Assembly: GCA_021823345.1 (NCBI GenBank)
Contig: JAKAOF010000001.1
Location: 120,174-184,173, forward strand
From: Thermoplasmata archaeon
Lineage (GTDB): Archaea > Thermoplasmatota > Thermoplasmata > Lutacidiplasmatales > UBA184
Direction of reading: 5' to 3'
DNA: 64,000 bases
Both the position numbers and the translations under genes were made by a program. This document shows, in pieces, positions 18,574-27,991 of this stretch. Every line of letters begins with the position of its first letter. The first letter of the stretch is position 1. The notes below the pieces were generated by a model. That model did no database searches and was not told the DNA's origin. It was given only the letters and a program-made list of their open reading frames with translations.

Positions 18574-19111
18574 TCCGGCGGTCCCTCCGCGGTAGCACCC
18601 CATCCAAGATCCCTTCTGCCACCACGATCCGTATCGGCCGCGCCATCGGCTGAGCGTGGATCTCCGCCAGTTCGCAGGGCTCTCTCAGCAGGAGCCGGGG
18701 CGGAAACGATTCGAGCACGCGGTAGTAGGAAGCCTCCTCCAGCCGCACGTGTACGATGGGCCGTCCCGCCGCCAGCCACCGCAAGGCATGCCCGGGTCTC
18801 GCCAGGATCCAGCGGGGGGTCCGGTAGAGGGTGAGGAAGTACCCGATCACCAAGGCGAGCGGGAGGATGGCCACCATGTAGAGGAGGTCCGGCGCTTCGA
18901 GGGAGAAGTACGGCTGGGAACTACTGTAGAGCACGAAGGCGGCCACCAGGGCGAGCGGGGCGAAGAAGTATCCGTAGAGGAAGATCCGGGCGGACCATTC
19001 GAACGCCGGGGTGTTGTTGAGGCGTTGCCAGGCCCCCCCTTTGTCCTCCTCCATCCCGTTCGACGAGGACGGCAAGATGAAAAACCTATTGTACCCCCCC
19101 TGGTTCTTCAC
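18506..19111 (-). CDS. Hypothetical membrane protein (two TM helices plus ~80 aa soluble domain, possibly bPH-like)
   Basis: TM segments IFLYGYFFAPLALVAAFVLY and LLYMVAILPLALVIGYFLTLY. The start is uncertain (19111 or ATG 19054). The 3' end overlaps 18256-18573 by 68 nt. Confidence 0.5.
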   Translation of the reverse strand: MKNQGGYNRFFILPSSSNGMEEDKGGAWQRLNNTPAFEWSARIFLYGYFFAPLALVAAFVLYSSSQPYFSLEAPDLLYMVAILPLALVIGYFLTLYRTPRWILARPGHALRWLAAGRPIVHVRLEEASYYRVLESFPPRLLLREPCELAEIHAQPMARPIRIVVAEGILDGVLPRRDRRISRAGPPARLRPSAGEDLENDS

Positions 19112-19140
19112 CTACCGAAACTGCTCCAGGAGAATTCTCC

Positions 19141-20292
19141 GTGAAGGACCTCAAGCTCACTATGCTCCCCATGGCCTCGGGTACCCGCGGCCCCCTGTCG
19201 GTCGGATGCGAGCAGTGTGAGGAGGGCCGCAAGATGGTCCTCTTTGTCTCGGGGTTGTGCCCCTTCCGTTGCTTCTACTGCCCGGTCTCCGAACGACGTA
19301 ACCAGAAGGACATGGTCTACGCGAACGAGCGCCCGGTGAACTGCGACGAAGATATCCTGGAGGAAGCCCGGGCCATGGACGCTTCCGGGACCGGCATCAC
19401 GGGGGGCGACCCACTCTACTCCTTCCCCCGGACCCTGCATTACGTGCGTCTCCTCAAGCAGGCTTTCGGCAAGGACCACCACCTCCACCTCTATACCCGC
19501 GAACCCAATCCGATGAAGATCCGCGCCTTGGCCGCGGCGGGCCTGGACGAGGTCCGCCTCCACATCCCGCACTACCTTTGGGGAGCCATGGAGACGCGCG
19601 GCCAGGCCTTCCACAAGATCTTCCGGGACGCCCCCCGTTGGGGGCTCCGACGGGGTGTGGAGATCCCGCTCATCCCCGACAAGGAGGACGACCTCCGCAA
19701 ACTTCTGCGCTCCCTCCGGACGGCGAAGGTCGACTTCGTGAACCTGAACGAGTTCGAGTTCTCCGAGACCAATGAGCAGAACCTCGGCGCCCGGGGCTAC
19801 CGGGTGAACCCCTCCGGAGGCTGGGGCGTCCAGGGCAGCCGCATCGTCGCGCGAAAGCTCCTCGGGGAGGATTGGGGGTTCCCCTTGCACTTCTGCTCCT
19901 CGGGATTCAAGGACTCGGTCCAACTGCGCCAGCGGCTGCTTCGCCGCGGGGCGAAGACCGCCCAACCATTCGACGTCCTCACTGACGACGGCACGTTGGT
20001 CAAGGGGATCATCGAGCCCCTCCGGGGGGAGCGGTCCCTTCTCCAGTTCGTGAAGCAACTGCGCACGGACCTTCAGCTCACGGAAGGCTCGTACTTCGTC
20101 AACAAGGAACGCCGCAGGGTCGAGGTGTCCCCTTACCTCTTGCGTCGTGAGGCTGTCCGCTTGCGGTGGCCGGCCTTCGAGGTAGAGGAGTATCCCACGG
20201 CCGAGGCCATCGAAGTGGAGCGAGCTCCGCTCAATCGGCCGGCCCGGGAAGCGGTCGCCCTCCCAAGGGCGATAGGAACGGGCGGAGTATAG
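19141..20292 (+). CDS. Radical SAM protein (uncharacterised archaeal family, PFL-activase-related)
   Basis: CPFRCFYC is the CxxxCxxC radical SAM cluster motif near the N-terminus, preceded by CEQC. 383 aa. Start is GTG 19141 or ATG 19162. Confidence 0.75.
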   Translation: MKDLKLTMLPMASGTRGPLSVGCEQCEEGRKMVLFVSGLCPFRCFYCPVSERRNQKDMVYANERPVNCDEDILEEARAMDASGTGITGGDPLYSFPRTLHYVRLLKQAFGKDHHLHLYTREPNPMKIRALAAAGLDEVRLHIPHYLWGAMETRGQAFHKIFRDAPRWGLRRGVEIPLIPDKEDDLRKLLRSLRTAKVDFVNLNEFEFSETNEQNLGARGYRVNPSGGWGVQGSRIVARKLLGEDWGFPLHFCSSGFKDSVQLRQRLLRRGAKTAQPFDVLTDDGTLVKGIIEPLRGERSLLQFVKQLRTDLQLTEGSYFVNKERRRVEVSPYLLRREAVRLRWPAFEVEEYPTAEAIEVERAPLNRPAREAVALPRAIGTGGV

Positions 20293-20456
20293 TTCTCATC
20301 GCACTCGTGCGATCCGAAGGTGATGAAACGGACATCTCCCCGTTGATGCTTGATGGAGCAAGGTCCCCAGCCCTTGTCCTCCTCGCCGTACCACATCGGG
20401 CAGTCCCGGCAGTGTAGGTCGCTTCGCTCGGAAGGGGTCTTTTCAGCCCGGCTCAT
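20133..20456 (-). CDS. Small Cys-rich protein (CxxC...C...C), translationally coupled to folD
   Basis: MSRAEKTPSERSDLHCRDCPMWYGEEDKGWGPCSIKHQRGDVRFITFGSHECDENY, followed by a 51 aa low-complexity tail. ATG (20456-20454) overlaps the folD stop TGA (20455-20453). The tail is antisense to the radical SAM 3' end. Confidence 0.45.
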   Translation of the reverse strand: MSRAEKTPSERSDLHCRDCPMWYGEEDKGWGPCSIKHQRGDVRFITFGSHECDENYTPPVPIALGRATASRAGRLSGARSTSMASAVGYSSTSKAGHRKRTASRRKR

Positions 20457-21367
20457 GGGGGGACCCCCTTTCCGGTCGAGATCTCCCAACCCTTCACGGT
20501 GCTCCGGAGCAGTTCCGCCACCGTGACCGGACCGACCCCCCCCGGGACGGGGGTCAGGGCTCCTGCCCATCCCTGAAGGTTCTGGGCATCCCCGGACATG
20601 CGCACCCCGTTGGGGGCGGAGGGGTCGTCCACCGTAGAGAGCCCGACATCGACCACGGCCGCCCCTCGGGCGACGTTTCCCCGGTGAAGCATCTCGGGCA
20701 CTCCGGCGCACGAGATCACCACCCTTCCCATGCCGATGATCCGGTCCCGGTCCCGGGACTGGCTATGCACGACGGTCACGGTCGCATCGGCGGATTCCCC
20801 TTTCATCAAATGGAGCAGCGCCGTCGGAAGCCCCACGGTCTCCGAACGGCCCACGACCACCAGGTGCTCCCCCTGGGTTGGGATATGGTAGGCGCGCAAG
20901 ATGTCCTGTGCGGCCAGGGCCACGGCGGGCACGTGTAGCGGACGGCGAGCGAGGAGCCGGCCCAGATTCACGGCGCCGACCCCGTCGATGTCCTTCTCGG
21001 GCGCGACCTTGGACATGAGGGCAAAGAAATCGAGTTGCTTTGGGAGCGGGTGTTGGACGATGATGCCATGGATGGTCGGGTCCCCGTTGAGGTCGGCGAC
21101 CGCCTCGACCAGCCGTTCCTGGGTGACCCCCTCGGGAAGCAGCAGCCCCCGGAAGTTGAACCCGAGCTTTTCGACCGCCCTCTTCTGCTGACGTTGATAC
21201 AAGTGGAAGGGGCTTCCTTCACCGATCGCGACCGAGGCAAGGCAGGGTACGGGGTCTTCCGGGCGCTTCGTGGTCTCCCACCGCCGGGTCGTCTCCAGGT
21301 TCAGGGCTTCGGCCACCGGGCGCCCCGACAGGACCACCGTGGCGATGGCTTCCGAGGCGTCGCTCAT
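20453..21367 (-). CDS. folD: Bifunctional methylenetetrahydrofolate dehydrogenase/cyclohydrolase
   Basis: 304 aa with FolD motifs (GIIVQHPLP, VVVGRSETVG.P, PVPGGVGPVT). Confidence 0.88.
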   Translation of the reverse strand: MSDASEAIATVVLSGRPVAEALNLETTRRWETTKRPEDPVPCLASVAIGEGSPFHLYQRQQKRAVEKLGFNFRGLLLPEGVTQERLVEAVADLNGDPTIHGIIVQHPLPKQLDFFALMSKVAPEKDIDGVGAVNLGRLLARRPLHVPAVALAAQDILRAYHIPTQGEHLVVVGRSETVGLPTALLHLMKGESADATVTVVHSQSRDRDRIIGMGRVVISCAGVPEMLHRGNVARGAAVVDVGLSTVDDPSAPNGVRMSGDAQNLQGWAGALTPVPGGVGPVTVAELLRSTVKGWEISTGKGVPP

Positions 21368-21502
21368 CGAACGATCCTCTGACGGAGGATTCGGGGTGAG
21401 AGAACATCCGGCGCGGGCATGCGAGGGGGCGGGAGGGGAGCGGGTGATTTAAGAGTTCTCGAGCGGAAAATCCACACTCTCTAACCTCGGTGTTAGGCCA
21501 AA

Positions 21503-21510
21503 GATATATA
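21503..21510 (+). promoter_or_regulatory. Putative TATA box for lonB
   Basis: GATATATA lies 33 nt upstream of ATG 21543. Confidence 0.5.
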
Positions 21511-21542
21511 CGTTGATGCGGCATGGATAGGATTGAGAGCGC

Positions 21543-23561
21543 ATGACCGACACGAGTGCTGAAGCCCAGAACGCGCCGCCCCCACCCCTCGATACTTGGG
21601 GGGCTCAGCAGCCGTTCGCTTCGACCTCCGACGTGGACGTTCCGTCCCGTCTCCTGGACCAGGTGATCGGTCAGGATGAGGCGGTCGAGGTGGTCAAGAA
21701 GGCCGCCCAGCAGAAGCGCCACGTGATCCTCATCGGAGAGCCCGGCACCGGCAAGTCGATGCTCGCCCGAGCGATGACCGACTTCATGCCGAAGAAGGCC
21801 CTCCAGGACATCCTCGCCTACCCCAATCAGGAGGATCCGAACGAGCCGAAGATCCGCGTGGTCCCCTCCGGGAAGGGCAAGGAGATCGTGGCGGCCCAGA
21901 AGCTCGAGATCGCCCAGAAGAAGGAGGCCAAGTCCATCTTCGTGATCGTCATCGCCGTGGCCATCTTCCTCTTCATCGCCTACGGCCTCATCACCAACCC
22001 CTCCCAATGGGTGCTGATCGTGCTGGTCGGCGTCTTCATCATGGTCGCCTTCTTCTTCCTCATCGGATTCTCGCGGATGAGCGCGGGCCGCTCCGACCCC
22101 ACAACCACCGTGGCGAAGCTGCTCGTTGCGCACTCCAATGACGAGAAGCCCCCGTTCGTGGATGCGACCGGGGCTCACGCCGGCGCTTTGCTCGGGGATG
22201 TGAAGCACGATCCCTTCCAATCCGGTGGACTCGAGACCCCCCCGCATGAGCGGGTGGAGGTCGGCGCCATCCACAAGGCGAACGGCGGAGTGCTCTTCGT
22301 CGATGAGATCCACCTGCTCAAGATCGAGAGCCAGCACTCGTTGCTGACCGCCCTCCAGGAGAAGCGCTTCCCCATCGTCGGCCAGTCCGAGCGCTCGGCC
22401 GGAGCCATGGTAAAGACCGAGCCGGTCCCGTGCGATTTCATCCTGGTCGCGGCAGGGAACTTGGACAGCATGCAGGAGATGCACCCTGCGTTGCGCAGCC
22501 GTATCCGGGGGTATGGATACGAGGTCTACGTCAAGACCACCATGCCCGACAACATCGAGAACCGGAACAAGCTGGTGCGCTTCGTGGCCCAGGAGGTCGC
22601 GAAGGACAAGAAGATCACCCACTTCGACAAGGGGGCGGTCATCGAGATCATCCGGGAGGCACAGCGCCGGGCCGGCCGGTCGGGACAACTGACCCTGCGG
22701 CTGCGGGAACTGGGCGGGCTCGTCCGTGTCGCGGGAGACATCGCCAATACGGAGAACAGCCCCGTGGTCACCGCCGACCACGTCGTGCGGGCCAAGCGGG
22801 CCAGCCGCTCCTTGGAGCAGCAGATCGCCGATCGCTACATCGAGCGCCGCAAGGACTACCACATGTACAACGTTGAAGGCTCCGCCGTCGGAGTGGTCAA
22901 CGGGCTCGCCGCCCTGGGGGGCCAGAGCGGGATGAGCGAGTTTTCGGGCATCGTTCTACCCATCGTCGCCGAGGTCACTCCCGCCCAGTCCCGGAACAAT
23001 GGGGGGGTCATCGCGACCGGGAAGCTTGGGGACATCGCAAAGGAAGCGGTCCAGAACGTCTCCGCCCTCATCAAGAAGTACACCGGCACGGATGTCTCGA
23101 ACTACGACATCCACATCCAGTTCGTCGGAACCTCCGACGGGGTCGAGGGGGACAGCGCGAGCGTCTCCATCGCCACGGCGGTCATCAGTGCCCTGGAAGG
23201 GGTACCGGTGGACCAGGGTCTGGGCATGACCGGGTCCCTGTCCGTTCGGGGTCTCGTGCTCCCGATCGGCGGAGTCACCGCCAAGGTCGAGGCCGCCGCC
23301 GAGACCGGGCTCAAGCGGGTCCTCATCCCCGAAGACAACCTGGCCGACCTCATTCTCGAGCAACGGTACCGGGGCAAGATCGAGGTGATCCCCGTCCGCA
23401 CCCTGAGCGATGTGCTGCACTATGCGCTCGTGGGTGCCGGGACCATCAAGGAAAGTCTCCTGGAGCGCCTGGCGGCCATGGTCCATGCGACCGCGGGCGA
23501 CCAGCCCCGCGAGAAGCAGCCGATCCGGGCACCGATCGCCTCTGCGCGTCCTGGCAACTAG
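21543..23561 (+). CDS. lonB: Archaeal membrane-bound ATP-dependent Lon protease (LonB)
   Basis: Walker A GEPGTGKS. Two TM helices are inserted in the AAA module ([39 protein letters not shown]). C-terminal Lon protease domain with GDSASVSIA. Confidence 0.92.
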   Translation: MTDTSAEAQNAPPPPLDTWGAQQPFASTSDVDVPSRLLDQVIGQDEAVEVVKKAAQQKRHVILIGEPGTGKSMLARAMTDFMPKKALQDILAYPNQEDPNEPKIRVVPSGKGKEIVAAQKLEIAQKKEAKSIFVIVIAVAIFLFIAYGLITNPSQWVLIVLVGVFIMVAFFFLIGFSRMSAGRSDPTTTVAKLLVAHSNDEKPPFVDATGAHAGALLGDVKHDPFQSGGLETPPHERVEVGAIHKANGGVLFVDEIHLLKIESQHSLLTALQEKRFPIVGQSERSAGAMVKTEPVPCDFILVAAGNLDSMQEMHPALRSRIRGYGYEVYVKTTMPDNIENRNKLVRFVAQEVAKDKKITHFDKGAVIEIIREAQRRAGRSGQLTLRLRELGGLVRVAGDIANTENSPVVTADHVVRAKRASRSLEQQIADRYIERRKDYHMYNVEGSAVGVVNGLAALGGQSGMSEFSGIVLPIVAEVTPAQSRNNGGVIATGKLGDIAKEAVQNVSALIKKYTGTDVSNYDIHIQFVGTSDGVEGDSASVSIATAVISALEGVPVDQGLGMTGSLSVRGLVLPIGGVTAKVEAAAETGLKRVLIPEDNLADLILEQRYRGKIEVIPVRTLSDVLHYALVGAGTIKESLLERLAAMVHATAGDQPREKQPIRAPIASARPGN

Positions 23562-23582
23562 GGGGACCGCCTAACCTACGAT

Positions 23583-23825
23583 ATGCCTCCCAAGAAGACG
23601 TCTCGGGCGCCTTCTCCGGAGCCACCTCCCTCCCCTCCTCCCTTCACGGGACGTCCGTGCTACGAGTTCAATCTCCGGCTCAAGAGCGGGTTGAATGATA
23701 CGGCCTGCTATCATTGCCGGCACTATCTCACCACCCGCTGTCCTCACCTCGATGAGTTCATGGACCGCCTGGACGACCTCGAGGGCGAGTATGACGCGGC
23801 CCCGGATTCCCACTCCCTGGGATAG
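23583..23825 (+). CDS. Small Pro-rich/Cys-containing hypothetical protein
   Basis: 80 aa starting 21 nt after the lonB stop. Cys spacing is C-x15-CxxC-x7-C, with an acidic C-terminus. Confidence 0.4.
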   Translation: MPPKKTSRAPSPEPPPSPPPFTGRPCYEFNLRLKSGLNDTACYHCRHYLTTRCPHLDEFMDRLDDLEGEYDAAPDSHSLG

Positions 23826-23866
23826 TCGTTTTGTAGCCCGCTGGTCTCGTCCGTACAGGAGGGGTC

Positions 23867-24415
23867 ATGCGACGGGGGATCTACGTGGGGCGTTTCCAGC
23901 CGTTCCACAACGGGCACATGGAGCTCGTCCGGCACGTGATGAAGACCTACGCCCTTTCCGAGCTTCTGATCGGGATCGGTAGCGCCCAGGTCTCCCACAC
24001 CGCGCACGATCCCTTTACCGCAGGGGAAAGGTTCGAGATGATCGAGGCCGCCCTTCGGTCCGAACAGTTCTCCAACTGCCGGGTCGTGCCCATCCCGGAC
24101 ATCGACCGGCACGCGCTTTGGGTGAGCCACGTGGCCTCCCTCGTGCCTCCGTTCGAACAGGCCTACTCGAACGACCCGCTGACCCGGATGCTCTTCCACG
24201 AGGCAGGTTACGAGACCCCCGAGCTTCCCATGTTCAACCGGGGCCAGTACGAGGGCCATGAGATCCGCCGCCGGATGGTAGACCACGAGCCGTGGGAGGA
24301 CCTCGTGCCCACCGCCGTCCGCAAGATCATCGAGGAGATTGGGGGGGTCGAACGCCTCCGGCTCCTGACTGGTTCCAAGGAGGCCCATCGCCTGGAGCGC
24401 CATGGCGAAGGGTGA
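23867..24415 (+). CDS. nadM: Nicotinamide-nucleotide adenylyltransferase (archaeal type)
   Basis: N-terminal RGIYVGRFQPFHNGH nucleotidyltransferase motif. 182 aa, typical archaeal NMNAT length. Confidence 0.88.
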   Translation: MRRGIYVGRFQPFHNGHMELVRHVMKTYALSELLIGIGSAQVSHTAHDPFTAGERFEMIEAALRSEQFSNCRVVPIPDIDRHALWVSHVASLVPPFEQAYSNDPLTRMLFHEAGYETPELPMFNRGQYEGHEIRRRMVDHEPWEDLVPTAVRKIIEEIGGVERLRLLTGSKEAHRLERHGEG

Positions 24416-25607
24416 GGACGAAAAGCCCCGCGACCGATCGAAGAAGGCGAAAGCATTCGATACGCGTGCGGTCCACGCCGCCTCCCCGCCCGACTACAAT
24501 GCCGGGGCCGTGGTGGCTCCGATCTACCAGACCACCACCTTCCACTTTCCCGCGGAACTCTCCGAGGCGCGCAACCATGGGGAGGTGCACCTCTACACTC
24601 GCCTCCGGAACCCTACGACCTCACAGGCGGCGCAGGCGATCTCCGAGCTCGAGGGGGCGGAGACCGGGAGGGTCTTCGCATCCGGGATGGGCGCGCTCTC
24701 CTGTGCCGTGCTCTCCTTGCTCGGCACCGGCGATGAGATAGTCGCCCTGGAAGATCTCTATGGCAACACCATCACCATGTTGCGGGACCTCCTTCCGCAG
24801 TGGGGTATCCGCGTCCGATGGGTCCCGCAGGGGGCGTCATCCACAGTAGCGGACCTCGTCTCGGATTCCACTCGATTGCTCCTGATGGAGTCGCCGACCA
24901 ATCCGACCCTCCGGGTGCACGACGTCCGGGCGTGGGCGGCCGCTGCCCGGAAGGCGGGAGCACTGCTTCTCGTCGACAACACCTTTGCCACGCCGGTCAA
25001 CCAGAACCCGCTCGATCTCGGGGCGGACCTGGTCATGCATTCGGCGACGAAGTACCTCTCCGGGCATTCGGACGTCATCGCGGGAGCGCTGGTGGGTCGT
25101 ACGGAACCCATGGAACGGGCGACACGTTGGGCGGACACGTTGGGCGCCACTCTCGACCCGATGGCGGCCTTCTTGCTCATCCGAGGGATCAAGACCGTGG
25201 GAGTGCGGGTACGCCGACAGAACGAGACCGCACGCATCCTCGTGGAGACCTTCTCGGAGGACCCCCGGATCGAACAGGTCCTTTACCCGGGACGGCATTC
25301 GGCGGAAGAGGAACGCTTGGCGAGTGTTCAGATGCGGGGCAGGGGGGGAATGGTCTCCCTCAGCTTGCGGGGAGGAAGGAGTTCCGCCCGGAACTTCCTG
25401 GCCGGGCTGAAGTTGATCCATCCGGCGAGCAGCCTCGGAGGAGTCGAGAGCCTTGCGAGCCTCCCGGTCGAGACCTCGCACCGCCACCTTACCCCGGAAG
25501 AACGCCACGCTCGGGGGATCGACGACGGCCTGGTCCGCATCTCGGTCGGTCTGGAAGACCCCGATGATCTCGCCGACGACATCCGTCAAGCCCTCTCGTC
25601 CCTCTGA
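24402..25607 (+). CDS. Cys/Met-metabolism PLP-dependent enzyme (cystathionine gamma-synthase/beta-lyase/methionine gamma-lyase family)
   Basis: SATKYLSGHSDV PLP-lysine motif and family-wide similarity. Overlaps the nadM end by 14 nt. Confidence 0.85.
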   Translation: MAKGEDEKPRDRSKKAKAFDTRAVHAASPPDYNAGAVVAPIYQTTTFHFPAELSEARNHGEVHLYTRLRNPTTSQAAQAISELEGAETGRVFASGMGALSCAVLSLLGTGDEIVALEDLYGNTITMLRDLLPQWGIRVRWVPQGASSTVADLVSDSTRLLLMESPTNPTLRVHDVRAWAAAARKAGALLLVDNTFATPVNQNPLDLGADLVMHSATKYLSGHSDVIAGALVGRTEPMERATRWADTLGATLDPMAAFLLIRGIKTVGVRVRRQNETARILVETFSEDPRIEQVLYPGRHSAEEERLASVQMRGRGGMVSLSLRGGRSSARNFLAGLKLIHPASSLGGVESLASLPVETSHRHLTPEERHARGIDDGLVRISVGLEDPDDLADDIRQALSSL

Positions 25608-25748
25608 GGGACCTCGACCCTACTTGGGGGTACGTTCTTCCTCTTCCTTCCCAGTCGTCCTGGGGGAGTCACGAGCTTCTATGCCCGGAACCTGGGAGAC
25701 CAGGGCCCCCAGGTGGGTAAGGCTTTTTTAAGTCGGTTCTTGATATTG

Positions 25749-26519
25749 ATGTCGGAGGAGCCCATGGCGGAAGCATCTCCCCCTGACGAACCGGTGACGT
25801 CTTCCGGCCGGGACGTCCCCCTCGAACCCGAGGAGGCATCGATCGTCTGCAAGCTGTCGATCCCACTGCCTCCGGGGCAGGCCTATATGGAGCGCGTCAC
25901 GTCCGCTCACCCGGAGTCCGTCTTTGCGGTCAGTGGCTATCTTCTGACCGGTTCCGAGGTCATCATCAACTTCGAGATCACCTCGCCCGGGAGCCTCGAG
26001 GAGATCCTGGACGAGATCCGCCGCTCCCTTGATGTGCAGTCCTGCCAGGTCTTGACCCGTGACCCGGGGCGGCTCTCCCTTCGGGTGACGTCAAAGGTCC
26101 CCAAGGTGAGCGCCATCCGGATCCAAACCAACCTCGGTCTCCTTCCCTCATTCCCGGTCTTTCTGCAGGACGGCAAGCTCTCCTTGGTGGTCGTCGCCCC
26201 GGGGAACACGATCCGCCGGCTCTTTGCCGAGATGCAGCGTCAGTTCCCTGGCACCGGGATCTCTTCCGTGCGCCGGGATCGGCTGGAGCGCGCCAGTGGG
26301 CTGTTGACTCCGCACCAGCTCGAGATCTTCCACACCGCGCTTTCTTCTGGATACTGGGACGTTCCCCGGAGAGTGAGCCTCACAGACCTCGCCGGGAAGC
26401 TCGGCCTCTCGAAATCCACCCTGTCCGAGTCCCTGGCGAACATCGAACACAAGTTGATCCGAGAGATCGCAGACCAGATCTACGTCCCCTCTCCGCACCC
26501 ACCACCGAAGATACCATGA
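25749..26519 (+). CDS. HTH_10 (bacterio-opsin activator-type) DNA-binding protein
   Basis: C-terminal LTPHQLEIFHTALSSGYWDVPRRVSLTDLAGKLGLSKSTLSESLANIEHKL. A T-rich TATA-like element lies at 25723-25732. The start is uncertain (25713 GTG, 25749 or 25764 ATG). Confidence 0.75.
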   Translation: MSEEPMAEASPPDEPVTSSGRDVPLEPEEASIVCKLSIPLPPGQAYMERVTSAHPESVFAVSGYLLTGSEVIINFEITSPGSLEEILDEIRRSLDVQSCQVLTRDPGRLSLRVTSKVPKVSAIRIQTNLGLLPSFPVFLQDGKLSLVVVAPGNTIRRLFAEMQRQFPGTGISSVRRDRLERASGLLTPHQLEIFHTALSSGYWDVPRRVSLTDLAGKLGLSKSTLSESLANIEHKLIREIADQIYVPSPHPPPKIP

Positions 26520-27991
26520 GCCCGGGATCCGAGGAGCGCGCTCCTGGGTCACGTCCTTCCGCCGGGTCCAAAGCACCTCCCGCCGGATACACTTGGGAAT
26601 ACGTGGTGTCCGGCGGGACTGAACCCGGACCCCTCCCTCCTCCCCCGGTCTTCCCATCCTTGAAGGCCCGGGCACGCCGGGCCGATCGCATCGAGCAGGT
26701 GCTCGTCTTGGTCAGCATCGCCGTCCTGCTCTTCGCCGCCCTCGCCTCCGAAGTGGAGGTCGCAAAGCGGTCCTCGGTCCCCCGCAGCCCCTTCTCGATG
26801 ACCGCCCTATCGATCGAGGGTTGGAGTGGATGCTACCCCCAGCTCGGGATAGCGAGCAGTGGTCCGACCGTGGTTGCCGGGTTCCTGGGCCGATCCTCGC
26901 TCAACCTCTCCCGGAGTTCGGATTCTGGCGTGCAGTGGGTGACATTGCCCTCGCTCGTCCTACCCACCCTGAACACCACCGTCGGGTTCCCCCTCGAATG
27001 GAACTCGCTGGCGATGAGCGCCCAATCCTCGGACTTCCTGGCGGTCGTGAGCAGTGGCATGTCCGTGTGCGCGGTCGCCGGACCCCACTCGGCCAATCCT
27101 CCAACCCCTCCTGGGTTACCCCAGGAGGTCGTCGCATTCGTGAGCGAAGATGCGGGAATCTCCTGGAACGAGACCGTCCTCCTTAATCGGACGGTCCCGA
27201 GCACCTTTCCCGGGATGGCCATGAACCTCTATGCTTCCGTGAATGGCGGTTCGCTGGGAGTCCTCTTCGAGCCTCCGATCTTGCCCTCCAACAATTCGAC
27301 CAGCCCCGAGCCGCTGGCTTCCTTCAGTGTCGATGGTGGAAAGAGCTGGGACGGTCTTCAAAACGTCTCTCGAGCGGTCGGCGTATCCAATTCCACGGCC
27401 TTTGGTCTTGCCCCATCCGGGACCCAGGGTTTCGACGTCGTCGTGGGCCGTCAGGATCCGACCAGCTTCGAGTACAACCAGTACTTCCTTGCGACCCTTG
27501 CCGGCTCGGGAAACACCACGTTGGTCGGCGAGGGACCGATCGCCCCCCTCCCCTCCGGGTCGAATCCGTACTCTCCCATCAGCGGAGTGGCCGCGGGACC
27601 CGGGACCGATACCTACGCCCTGACGGAACAAGGGCTCATGGACCTGTCGGCGCACGGTTTTCCCTCCGTAACGCTGCCGAATTTCTTGCAACCGATGATG
27701 GGTTCTCACGATCAGGTCTTCTTACTTCCCGGGTCCGGTCCCGGTATCGAGGTGGAGGAGCTGAACGCCACGGGGGTTCAATGCTGGAACGTCACCCAAG
27801 GTGCGCCTTCGGCGACGCTCTCGTGCAGCATGCGCCCTGGATGGGGTGGACCGTACGATGTCCCCCAGGTGATCACTCCGACTTCCAACGGATGGGTGGC
27901 GGGCGTCCTCAAGGGATGCTTCGGAGGGGTGGCTCAGAGCCAATGTCCTCCTCCTGCCGTGGTCTTCTACGCTTACGTTCCGGTAGCCTGA
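26516..27991 (+). CDS. N-terminally anchored extracellular BNR/Asp-box repeat protein
   Basis: TM VLVLVSIAVLLFAALA. Asp-boxes SDSGVQW, EDAGISW and VDGGKSW. The ATG overlaps the stop of the HTH_10 gene (ATGA at 26516-26519). Confidence 0.65.
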   Translation: MSPGSEERAPGSRPSAGSKAPPAGYTWEYVVSGGTEPGPLPPPPVFPSLKARARRADRIEQVLVLVSIAVLLFAALASEVEVAKRSSVPRSPFSMTALSIEGWSGCYPQLGIASSGPTVVAGFLGRSSLNLSRSSDSGVQWVTLPSLVLPTLNTTVGFPLEWNSLAMSAQSSDFLAVVSSGMSVCAVAGPHSANPPTPPGLPQEVVAFVSEDAGISWNETVLLNRTVPSTFPGMAMNLYASVNGGSLGVLFEPPILPSNNSTSPEPLASFSVDGGKSWDGLQNVSRAVGVSNSTAFGLAPSGTQGFDVVVGRQDPTSFEYNQYFLATLAGSGNTTLVGEGPIAPLPSGSNPYSPISGVAAGPGTDTYALTEQGLMDLSAHGFPSVTLPNFLQPMMGSHDQVFLLPGSGPGIEVEELNATGVQCWNVTQGAPSATLSCSMRPGWGGPYDVPQVITPTSNGWVAGVLKGCFGGVAQSQCPPPAVVFYAYVPVA

